Below the pieces are notes generated by a model, which ran no database searches, was not told the DNA's origin, and was given only the letters and a program-made list of their open reading frames with translations. From NCBI GenBank assembly GCA_050273025.1, contig CP158635.1:27652001-27716000 (forward strand): a DNA stretch of 64,000 nucleotides, in the 5' to 3' direction. The DNA is from Cenococcum geophilum (lineage: Eukaryota). Made by a program: the position numbers and the translations under genes. Of the stretch, positions 1 to 11,500 are shown piece by piece (the first letter of the stretch is position 1; each line of letters opens with the position of its first letter).

Positions 1-1
1 A

Positions 2-619
2 GGCGGGCGCACACCGGGCTGGGGCGCGGCGAACGACGGATCGCGGACCGCGTACGGCGGTAACGACGGGTCCCGCACGGCCTACGGCGGCACCGATGGG
101 TCCCGTACGGCCTACGGCAGCAGTGACGGCTCGCGCACCGCGTACGGCGGCTTCAGCAGCGGCGGGCGCACGCCCGGCGGGCCCGCGTGGGGCGCCGCGC
201 CGTCCGGGTCCAAAACCCCCTCGCACAACGGCGGCGCGGCGCACCCCTCCTCCACCACCACCTCCTCCAACTCCAACTCGAACACATACCACCCCCCGAC
301 GCCATCCTACCAGGCCCCCACCCCCGCAGCTTACCAGGCGCCTACCCCCGCCCCTTACGCTTCCTATGCCGGCGGGGCCCCGACGCCTGCGGGCCCGCTC
401 GATGCGCCGACCCCGGGCTTCTCGGCGCCCACGCCGGGGGATTCCGCGCAGCATCCGACGCCTAGGGGGTATGGCGGGTATGGGTATGGCGCTACGCCAG
501 CTGCGGCGCCGACGCCGGGAGCTCCGACGCCGGGAGCGTGGCCGGACACGCCGTGGGGGGCGCCTGAGACGCCGGCGGCGGCGGGGGGGATGGGGGAGGA
601 AGATCCGAGATATGAGTAG
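2..619 (+). CDS. SPT5: Transcription elongation factor Spt5, C-terminal repeat region (5'-truncated by window edge)
   Basis: Frame +2, absent from the ORF track because there is no start codon, reads GGRTPGWG...DGSRTAYG x4...GGRTPGGPAWG...GSKTP...APTP repeats...EEDPRYE-TAG (617-619). This matches the fungal Spt5 CTR (GGRTP/SRTAY/PTP repeats). Confidence 0.8.
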   Translation, partial: GGRTPGWGAANDGSRTAYGGNDGSRTAYGGTDGSRTAYGSSDGSRTAYGGFSSGGRTPGGPAWGAAPSGSKTPSHNGGAAHPSSTTTSSNSNSNTYHPPTPSYQAPTPAAYQAPTPAPYASYAGGAPTPAGPLDAPTPGFSAPTPGDSAQHPTPRGYGGYGYGATPAAAPTPGAPTPGAWPDTPWGAPETPAAAGGMGEEDPRYE

Positions 620-1861
620 GGTGGGCAGGTGGGTCGGGTGGAAGAGGGTGTGGAAGAAGGATGGGAAGGGAGAGTGGAAAAGGGGGTGGGGGGTGTGGAG
701 ACCGGGGTGGAGGAAGGGGAGGAAAGGGGAAGGGAGATGGACAAAAGGGGGAGGAGAAAAAGGGAAAGGGAGCGAGTGCGAGTGCATTTTTGGCGTTTTT
801 CTACTTTGTCTACCGGGGCGGGAGGGTGGGGGTTTAAACCAGGAGCCTTTTTTTTTCTCCTTATCAAACCATTTTTATACACCTGCTTTAGCGGCCGGGC
901 TGTGTTAGTAGTGTTTGAGAGTTCAAGAGCTGGAGCGTTTGACAGGGTGACAAGACGCCAACGGGACGGGACGGGGCGGGAGCGGGCGGGAGGAAATATA
1001 TTTTAAGGAGCCGGCTAGCTTAGTTCGGCCGAGGCTTAGAATAAAAGCGCTACAGTCAAATCTCTTTATTACGATATTGGGTATATAACGATATCATTTA
1101 TATTACGATCTACACCCCTTAATTAAGCCTTTTTTGGTATAATATTACGATAATCTAACTTTTAATAATATCGTTAAGTACCTACCACCAATATCGGTAT
1201 AAGCAGATTTTAATTCATTAGATTTAGCCTTTGCTTACCATAAGTTTAGCTATTAAATCCATTACACTACAATTAAAATCTATTAAAATAACCCTTAGAT
1301 CTCGCTCTCCATACTTAATTCTACCTTATTTATTATGGTAAGACATAAAAATCCTAAAAGGCTACGCCGCTACGGGTTCTCTAATTATAAGCGCTAGAAG
1401 ATACGCGCTTACTACTAAAAACACCCTAATAAATTATAAAAGTAGATTACTTTATAGGTAAGCAACTTCCTCCGTTAAAAGATTAGTTAATCCTTAATAT
1501 TAGAAATACTAGGCAACAAATTCTAAAAGCTTAATATAGCTAAATTGCTATTTAGGTAAGGCATATAAGAGTAACAGAGAGGTAGTAAATAGCTTTTAGA
1601 GGAGGCTTTCTTTAAGTGGCACTAACGCCTATAGAACTTTCGTATTCTTATTACTAGTGATTTTATATATACTGCTGCCACTTAGTTATAGCAATAAATA
1701 CCTATACTAGTAGAAACAGTAAAGCTAAAGTGGTTACTTAGCTAGCTAGAAGGCTTTAAATCTTATAATAGTATTCGTAAGAGAAAGTAGTACGGTAAGG
1801 CTGCCTTAGTTAATATAGAGGGAGCAGAAGATCGCATAATAGAGCTTTAAGTAATTATCGC

Positions 1862-2284
1862 TATCACGGAACCTTATAGTAGATACTACGGTAGGTCCTG
1901 TTATTGGGCTAGGTGTATAAGTATTACAAGTAAGTTAACAATGTAATAATAACTAGTGGAGTGGTTGCCTAATAGATTAACTCTAATTATATTCTAAGAA
2001 TCACTATAAAGAAGGAACTATCTAGGTAGAAACTAAGGGTCCTTAAATACACAACCGTACTTCTATAAAATCCTCCTTATACGTAATATATATATACTCT
2101 ATCTACTCTATTACAGATTATATAGATTTTATAGATTATATAGATTACATTATATAACCTTAGTTACTATTCCTCGTTATATAGCTTTACCGGATCTATC
2201 TTGGACTATACTTTTATTAACTAACTAGCTTCTTTTAACTCCTTTCCTAGTAGTTATAATATTATACTTAAAGCGTCCGTAACA
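1862..2284 (-). repeat. 3' LTR of Gypsy A
   Basis: Direct repeat of 25937-26358, differing mostly by C>T/G>A transitions; termini T(G/A)TCACGG...CCGTAACA. Confidence 0.95.
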
Positions 2285-2353
2285 CCATCTCCCTCCTCTT
2301 TATTTTTATCCTTAAAGATTTTTAATATCTCTAAGTCGTTTACTAGAGGTATA

Positions 2354-3050
2354 ATGTCTATCTAATTAATTTAGTTAATATCGTTGCTTATTATACTTAA
2401 AGTAATTTCTTCTTCTTCTACAGCCCGTTGGTCACATACCGTTGCTATAATATTGTTATTAGGTAAGATAATGCCGTCTCTATATTCTTGTTATGCGAAA
2501 GAGGGGTTGGTTTATATTATATTGGTAAGTCCTTCCTCCTAGTAACCCTCTTTATATTCAGAGTGCACTAAAGTAAATATTTATTCGTCTTGCGACGTTC
2601 GCTTTATCTCTAACGCTAAGTATATACGTCTTATAACTCTTAATAGTCTCTAAGTTCCCTAAGTAATTTGTTATAGGGTCTTATGTTTAATCTGCCGCTA
2701 TAAAGCTCGACGATAAGCTCTTAGTAGCCCTAGTGGAACTTTGTTATTCTTATAACGCTAAGAAGGAGGCTGCTAATACTTAATAGCGAGCTCTTAAGTC
2801 TCGTCTGGCTACGTCTACTTGTTTAATTCGTTTTAAGAAAGTGCGTAAGAAGGTCCGTTTTAAGGAGTAGAAACTTATAAAATAAGGTCTATAGGAACTT
2901 AGTAATAAGAGAACTAACTCTCTTCCTATAAAGGGAACAACTCTAAGTAGTTTAGCAGTCGCTCTTCCTAGGTTCCCCTTAGGTAACTTGTTCTTTAGCG
3001 ATCCTTCTTTATTAATATTACCTAACCTATTTTCTTCTGATACTTTTATA
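2354..3050 (+). pseudogene. Antisense accessory ORF of Gypsy A with an inferred Zn(II)2Cys6-like motif (RIP-damaged; 3' end approximate)
   Basis: One frame from ATG 2354. Codons at 2483, 2492, 2513 and 2555 (TAT, RIP-compatible with TGT/TGC) and 2564, 2591 (TGC) are spaced C-x2-C-x6-C-x13-C-x2-C-x8-C. A possible intron at ~2622-2676 is followed by a basic coiled-coil-like segment. Confidence 0.55.
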
Positions 3051-6000
3051 CCTTTCCTATAGCATTTTTTAAATTCTCTAGTGGTTCCTAGGTAGTCTTA
3101 GTATAGCTTATCTACTTAACCTTATACTATATTTTATTATTAACGTCCTTATAACTAACAATCCTTAAAACTTACTATTTATCTTCTTCTTATTCTCTAT
3201 ATGTGTCTGCTTTATAAACTAATAGCTTAATATTCCTATATACTAGCTCTAGCATTACGATATACTATATAGGGTAGATCTTTATTTTAGCTGGTAGGTT
3301 TAACTTAAATATAACTAGTAAAATCTTTTATATAATTTTAAAAGGTTTTAGTCTAACATAGTCCAACTTCTTGCTTAGTTGTTAACTCTTAAAATTTTTA
3401 TATAGTAGCTATACTTTATCTCCCTCCTTAAGATCTGGTCCCTTAGATCTCTTAGTATTATAGTACTTTTTTATTCTTTACTATACTACCTTAGCTGTTT
3501 CCGTAAGGTTTATATAAAGATTTATTAACGTCTTTATCCTTTCTTTAGCTATACTACTTATTTTCTTTACTTACCGTAGTAACAGCGATATTCTTAGCTT
3601 ATATCTATAATTTGCCTTAAATAGTAATATGCCTATTCCTTCTTAAGGTGTTGCATTATATATAAACTATATAACTAGTAATAGCGATACCCAATTATTC
3701 TATACGTAATTAACGTAATGCCTTAAATACTGCTCTAGTGTCTAGTTTAATCTTTCCGTTTAACCGTCTATCTGCGGATAATATATAGTGGAAGTTACTG
3801 CTTAAACTCCTTATTCCGCTAAAAATACCTCCTAAAATGCTACTATAAATCTTAGATCTCTATCCGATATAATTTTACTTAGTACTCTATGTCTTATAAA
3901 CACTTCTTTAATATAGATTCTAGCAACATCCTTCGCTGAGATTTCTTCCGTATATACTATAAAGTATCCCCACTTTATAAGCTTATCTACTATTACTAAG
4001 ATTGCGTTATAATCTTATTTGGTAATAGGATCTCTTAACTTTAGTAACTTAATAATAAAGTCCTATAATATAACCTCCTATAGTCTCTCTGGTATTTTAA
4101 TAGGTTATAGCCCTCTATACGGCTTATGCCTCATTAGTTTATTCCTTTAATAATCTAAATACTCCTTAGTAACCTTTCTAGCTATCCTCTAGATTCCGTT
4201 AATAATATACTTCTCCTAGAGTCTTAATACTAAGCCTATAGCTCCATTATGTCCTTAAGTTAGTCCCTTATAGAAGTCCTCCATAAACTACTTTATTATA
4301 CTTTTTAGGATATACTTCGCTTTTCGGTTTTTGTATATATCTAACTACGGATCTTCTAGCTGTGCTTCTAGAATTCTTTATACCTAAAAGCTTTCTAGTG
4401 ACTTATAAACTTTTCCTAGTTTTTCCTAAGTTACTATAATCTTTAGATAGTTATACCTAATTAATCCGTTTATATCTTTTTGTAGTAAAGCCCCTAATAG
4501 CTTCTTATTATTTTATAGTTTAGCTTTTTAACTTAACGTATCGGCCCGCGTATTGTCTATACCCTTAGTATACTAAATCTTAAAATGGTATTCCGTAAGC
4601 ATCTCTGCCTATCTAACCTATCTTTAATTAAGTTCCTTTATTATTAGGGATCCTATTAGGTTTTTATAATCCGTCTTAACTATAAATAGTTTTTCTATGC
4701 CTTGCAAAAATGCTCTCTATTTCTTTAGTACTATAACTATACCTAATAACTCCTTATTATAGATATTATAGTTTAACTCTAGTAGTGTTATCTTTTAACT
4801 ATAGTATGCTACTAAATGCTATCTATCTAGATGCTTTTGTATAAAATATACTCCTAGTATAAAGTCTAATACATCTATCTCTATAACCGTCTCTAGTCCT
4901 AGTTAATAGATCTTAAGAACTGGCTTCTAGGTAAACAACTCTTTAATCTTTTTAAAGAGTTTCTGCTATTCCTCTCCCTATACCTATAGTTCTTCTTTCT
5001 TTATTAACCGCGTAAGTGGTTTAATATCTTTTAACTACTGCGCTATAAACCTTCTATAGTAATTGCAAAACCCTAGAAATAATCTTAACTACGTAACGTT
5101 CTCTAGTTTTTACTAATTTACTATAGCCTTAATCTTTTTTAGATCTATACTAAGTTGGCCTAGTTTAATAATAAATTTTATAAAATTAGTCTTCCTGGTA
5201 AAGAACTTGCATTTCTTAATTGCTACTAGCATCTATTCTTCCTATAGTCTCTTTAAAAACCATTTAACGTATTCTCTATATTCTTCCTTAGTTATTAAGT
5301 AGATAATAATATCGTTAAGATATACCATAATAAATTTATCTAAGTATTTTCCTAATACATTATTAATACGCTTCTAGAACGTTGCTAGTACATTTATAAG
5401 CCTAAATTGCATAACTAATAGTTTATATAGTCCTTCCTTTAATCTAAAGGCTGCCTTCTATTTATTGCCTTCCTTAATTCTAATCTAATAGTACGCCCAT
5501 CTTAGATCTATCTTTATAAAGATTTGCGTATTACTTATTCTGTCTTAGATTTCGCTAATTAAGGGTAAAGGATACCTATCCTTTCTAGTGATGCTGTTTA
5601 ACTGTCTATAGTTAATACACAGCCTTAGTTTGCCATTCTTTTTTGGTATAAACAGTACTGGATAACCCGCTAATAACTGCGATGGTCTAATATATCCCTT
5701 TCGTAAGTTCTCTTAGATAAACTCTTTTAATGCTCTACCTTCTTCTTTAGTAAGCTTATAGATTAGAAAAAACCTTAGACTTGTTCCTAGTTCTAATTCT
5801 ATTTTATAGTCCCATACTATATACTTTAACAGCTTTTTACTCTTAGGTAACCATAGTTTCTTACCATACTTATAGTATCTCTTCGGTATATAGCTTAGCC
5901 CTTTTTCTATTTCTTTATAGGTCGCTCCCACTTAGTACTATACTAACTTGGCTTATTGTCGTATCTTGCGGCATTAAATATCCCTAATATCGACCTAACC

Positions 6001-7082
6001 TATAATCTAATTGATCTTTAAATTATATTCCTATAATTAAGGTATTCCTAGTACTGCTTTATTATTTCCCAATAGTAATATATTAAAAGATATCTCGATT
6101 TATCTTCCCTTAATAGTTAGCTAAATAGGTCCTGTTTTAAGATTAATAATGCCTCCTCTATAGGCTATCGGATCTCCTAAAATTGTTACTAATAGGTAAG
6201 GACGTTCCTTCTATCTATATAGTAACTTTATCCTTTTAACTACTACTGGCGAGATGTGGTTCCTTATTGCTCTACTATCTATTAGTGCCTTAAACTATTA
6301 ATCTTACTATTTAACTCATAAATTTAGGTGTAGTTCTTAAATTCCTTTAAGGGTCTAAGGCTTTACTACTGGCTCCCTCTGGTTCTATAGGCCTCTACTT
6401 TTCCTAACTATTGGCTACTAGATCCTGTTTATACTTAGTCTAACTTAGGCTAATATTTAGTTCTCTTTTTATCTTTAATATACTATAGATAAGTATTCTC
6501 TAGACATTCCCACTATTATTATCTATCTAGGCATTCTTCCGTAAGGAATCTTCCTGGTTAAAGTATTAAGTCCCCTTACTCTTAAACTTCTACTAGGTGC
6601 TAACTATATATATACTTAGCGTTTTAATATTTTACCTTGTCCGTTATCTAATACATCCTTATTAAATACTTCCGATTTTGTCACGGAGCGCGGGCAATGG
6701 CTACAAAGCGTATGTATTCGGGGAGTCTACAAGACGTTACGCGATCGATCGTAAGGGTCGAGGGCGTAAGGAGGTGATATACCCTCGCGTAGCTGACATA
6801 AGCTATACGCGAGGTATACGCGAGAGCACGGGGTTCTCCTATGGAGGCCCCTGCGGTCGGGTTCCGTAATACTACCCCCCCTCCTATTAAGGCGGAGCTC
6901 CGGCGACGCTGTAGTTACTATATATATATAGGGGGAAATGCTTAGGGTATTTAGAAGAAGGAATATCGTTATAAGTATAATGGGCTCGTATAGGTACTTC
7001 TAACTTAAAGCTTGTGGGTTACTACTATATAAAGGTACTAGGCTATAGAGGGAAAGGAGACTTAGTAAGGTGCGAGGGTATT

Positions 7083-7242
7083 GCTAAGGCGCTAGTAGCA
7101 AGCAAGCCAATAGCAATTTTCTATCCCAGGGATAGAAAATCCTAATTAGTTAGCTTCTTCTTAGCGTCTAGAATCTAACTAATTAAACAACTTTAACCGG
7201 CGGTTAAAGTTCCTTAATATCTTATTAGAGTAGTTACGTAAC
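7083..7242 (-). other. Conserved three-hairpin non-coding module in the 3' UTR of Gypsy B (homologue at 54484-54660)
   Basis: ATTTTCTATCCC-A-GGGATAGAAAAT, CTAATTAGTTAG...CTAACTAATTA and AACTTTAACC-GGC-GGTTAAAGTT lie almost abutting; colinear with the Copia D copy. Confidence 0.8.
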
Positions 7243-8315
7243 GGTAATATATAACGATTTAGCTGTGACGGCTCCTATAGGGGATTAGGTACGAAATCTC
7301 TACTTAGGCCTAGTTTCTATAGGTTTGCGTAGTGGAAATCGCTAATTAGATCTTTTACATTTTTAAAATCTTCCTATAGTTACTATTCCGGCTAATCTAT
7401 GTTAAATCCTATATAGGTAGCTTTATAGTAGAGCCGCTATCCTCTGCCTTTGCTAAAGTATTTAAAGTTAATAATTTATTTAACAGTCCACTCCTTATAG
7501 TTTTTATCTTTATTCTTATCTTAGATTAGTACCGGTAGGGGTTTAGGCTATATTTATCCTAGTAGAGGGTTAGGCTAGTAAAGGTGTAGTAGCTATAGGT
7601 AAAATACGGGCTATATCCTACGGGTGGCTAAGGTAGGTAGGAGCTCTAGTTTATATGCAGCTCCTCTATTAATAACTTATTTAATCTAGTAGGGGTTAAG
7701 GTTCTTATAATTAAGTAACTTTATAGGTCTCTATATGGAGATATTATATATATCTAACTATACCTAGTCGCCAACACGCATCTTAGGTGGTAGTGTTTTA
7801 TAGTAGTTAGCAAAGTAAGCTTATTTTGCTTAGGCCCAGGCCATCTCTCCTTTATAGTAGTTAAGTAGGTCTTTTATACGGTCTATATATTAATTAGTAA
7901 GTAGCATCTTAAGGCGTTTTCTATATGGCAGTTTCTTATTAATAGGCTCTAGTGGCTCTATACCAGATTATAGGTAATATCCTTTATTCGCGAAGAACGG
8001 GGTAAGTCCTATAGTGGCTAAGACGTAGTTATTTGCTGCGAATTTACCTAGCGGAAGGTAGTCTATCTAGTTGTCCTAACTATAGGCAACTACCTATCGT
8101 AAGTACGCCTTTATACTAGCGTTAGCGTTTTTTAGTTATCCCGCAGTTTTATAGTAAAAGGATATAGATATCTTAACGGAGATACTAAGGCGTTAGCAGA
8201 TCCGCCTCTATATATTAGAGTTAAATTACGTGCCTTAGTCAGACGTAATAGAGTTAGGTAACCCATATAGTCGGTAAACTTTGTAAAAGAAGGCGTCAGC
8301 AACGTTACTTATAGC

Positions 8316-8508
8316 TATAACGGCTCGAACTATCGAACAAATGTCTCAACAGAGACTTAAACGAATGCTTGCAAGATTAAGCGAACGAATGCTGTATTAT
8401 AAAGATATTAAGCTAAGGAGCAAGAGAAGGTGGTAAGGCCACGTCTATATACACACGCCAAGTCTTAAGCGAACCCCTAACTAGGTGACGCGCTCCAGCG
8501 CCGTCACA
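8316..8508. mobile_element. Solo LTR of a third family inserted in the Gypsy B integrase region
   Basis: 193 bp; termini TATAACGGC (RIP of TGTGACGGC)...GCCGTCACA; TSD ATAGC at 8311-8315 and 8509-8513; no visible similarity to the other LTRs in the window. Confidence 0.85.
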
Positions 8509-11500
8509 ATAGCTACGCCTTCGGTTAGGACGTAGTGGCGTTCTTTTATAAGTTAGTATATTATTATAAGAATGTTCTTATAGGTTCGGCTATATTATTT
8601 ATAAGGCGGTAGGTCGACAATAAAATCTATAGCAATATCTGCCCATTATTATATAGGTACTAGTAGAGGGTATAGCAGTCCTTAGTACTTTATATAAAAT
8701 GCTTTAGCACATTTATAGCTATAGTAGGCGCTTATAAAGCGTTTAACTAAGTCTATTATTTTAGGCTAGAAGTAGTATCGGCTAAGAAGCTTATAGGTTC
8801 CTCCTTTACCTAGGTAGCCGCTTAATTAGAGGTCGTAGGCTATTTAGATTAGTTACCGTTGTAGGTCTTCTAAGTTAGGGATAAATAGATAGCCTCTATA
8901 ATAGAGCCTGTTCTCTTTTACTTCTAAGGCTGCTATATTAATCTAGCCTAAGCTTTAGAGGTTAGTAGGTAGTATATAGGTACTAGCAATCTTTACGGCA
9001 ATTAGTTAATATAGTAATAGGTTAATAGGGATGTTATATACTGCGGTAATAAGTTTGTTAATTTTAGGGGGTAACTCTAGTTCTATGGTATAAAGCTAAG
9101 GGGTAGTTAGTTCTGTCTTGGGTAGTATGCCTAGGGCTAAGTTTCGTGCTTTTAGGATTGTTTATTGTTGGAATTAATTATAAGGGTTATCTTCTAACTA
9201 AGGAAGGTCTTATAAACGGCGTATTAGGCTATTAGGCTTAGTACCTTATACTCCTAGCCTATATATAATTTTAAAGTTAAAACTAAAGAGGAACTCGTTC
9301 TAACGTGCTTAGCGTTAGTTTAGTTATTTCATAGTTATAAAGTACTTAAGGTTGCGATAATCCGTAAGGACCTTAGTTAGCTAGTTAGGTTTTGCTAAGG
9401 AGAGTTCCAATTAGAATTCCTTAAACGCTTATATAATTGCGAGGAGTTCCTTATTATAGATTTTATAGTTACATTCTTATAGTATAAGCTTAGATAAGTA
9501 AAATGCGACTAGGTAGAGGAAACCATCATCGCCTATCTAGGAGAGGACGCCCGCGTTAATATGGTCTAAGGAGTTAATCTTAAGATAGAGTTATTGTCCT
9601 GGTATAAAGTAAGCTAGGATAAGTGCTTTAGTAAACGTATCTTTTAAGTCTTAAAACGCCTTTTTATATTTAGGCGTCTAGATAAAATATAGATATATTT
9701 TTCTTCCTTTTATAGAAAGGCCCTTTATTCGCATTATTGCTATAAGTAGTGCTATAATACCCAAGAAGTTATATATAAATTTTTAATAGAAGTTAGCGAA
9801 ACTAAGAAAGGCTTATACGTCCTTAATATAGGTAGGGGTTTACTATCTAGTAATTATGCATACTTTTTTAGGGTCTATACGGACACCCTTAGTAGTAATA
9901 ATTAGTTTAAGGTATTTTACTTCTATAACTAAGAATTTACACTTCTTTAAATTAATATAAAGTCCTACGTCTCTAAGGCGCTATAGGACCTTTTAAACGT
10001 GCTTAGTATACTTAAAAGGGTTATTACTATAAATAAGTATATTGTCTAGGTACGCGGAGCAGAAGTCGTTAAGGTAGTCCCGTAAGGCATTATTAATATA
10101 GCTTTAAAAGCTGCCTAGGCCGTTATATACGCCAAAAGGTATAACAGTATATTTAAATTGGCTAAAGCGCGATATAAATGCGGTTTTCTATTTATCACCT
10201 TCCCATATTTAAAGGCGGTTAAAGGCGGCAATAATATTAAGTTTAGTATAGATTTTAGCTTAGCTAAGCCGTTTAAAGGTCTTATGTATAAGTAGTACAG
10301 GGTATTAGTTCTTAATTGTAATAGTATTAAGTCCTTTATAGTTAACGTAGAATTAAATACCTCCTTTTAGCTTTTTAGTAAGGAGGATAGGGGCGGCTAC
10401 TAGGGATATGCTGGGACAAATAAACCCTTTGTTAAGGTACTTGTTAATATACTTTTTAATAACTAGGAGTTCGTTTTTTAATATTAGGTAGGATCTCTTA
10501 TAGGGCGGCGTTTTTCCTTATTTAATATTAATAGTATAGTTATTAGGTTAATATAGGGGGAGTATATCTACGCTTTTTTATAAGTATATATTAATAAAGT
10601 TATAGTATCTTTTAGGGAGGAGCTTACGGAGTTCCTTATTAATAAGTCCTTTTTTAAGCTTTATAAACTTCTTAAAGTCTAAGGGTAAAAGTCCGTAGAG
10701 TTCTACGGGGGTATTATTTTCTAGAAGGTTAACTATATCTATCCTATTACTATAAAGGACGTAGTCCTAATCTTTATTAAGCTTATATAGTTATAATCGG
10801 GAAGCTATAGCAACGGTTTAGCCTTTCCTATATGCTATATAGTAGAAGGCCGCGGCGCTTACGTAGTAGTAATTAGTTATAGGTGGGGTAATAAGGGTTT
10901 CCTTAGGTTAATATTTTAGGGAGTAGATAGAGGCGGCTAGGCCGTACCCTAGGCAAGTCTCTCTGCAGTATTTAGAGTTAAAGGTTACTTCTCTCTTTTA
11001 CTAGTTAATGGCGGGGTTATATTATTTAAGCTAGTTTATTCTAAGGATAATAGGGTAGTTTATAAGTAGTATAATATAGGCCTAAAGATCCTCCTAGTGT
11101 CCGTTTATATTTAGGTAGAGTTATACTATATAGGTAATCTTTTATATAGTATAACTACCGTTAGCGAGTTATAGGGCGCGGGTTTTAGTAAGGAGTAAGG
11201 TAGGTAGGTTATAAGTACGCATAAATTAGGTATCTATAAATTTATTAATAGCTCTATAGTTAATTATAAAACGGGTTTTATATTATTTCTTAGCGGTAGT
11301 TTCCTCTATAGATAAGACTATTTACTTCCGTTCTTCTATTCTTACTAAGCTATTTATTAAATAAGCCGATATATAGATCCCTCTATTGTTAAAGTATCCT
11401 AACCTATAACTTAGGGCTAGGACTTTACGTTTTCTACTTTTATATCTAATTCTACTACCGTTGCTATATTTTCGTCTTATGCGGTAGTAGCATATAGCGA

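Noticed and set aside
96..1006. ORF-track ORFs 96-908, 187-465, 364-882 and 629-1006
   Set aside because: Alternative-frame or antisense shadows of the GC-rich Spt5 tail and G-rich 3' UTR; the recognisable protein is in frame +2.
7083..7242. Hairpin module as a hammerhead ribozyme or tRNA/SINE
   Set aside because: I could not place a CUGAnGA...GAAA core in the correct junction, or A/B boxes and an acceptor stem, even allowing for RIP. A covariance-model search is needed to exclude this formally.
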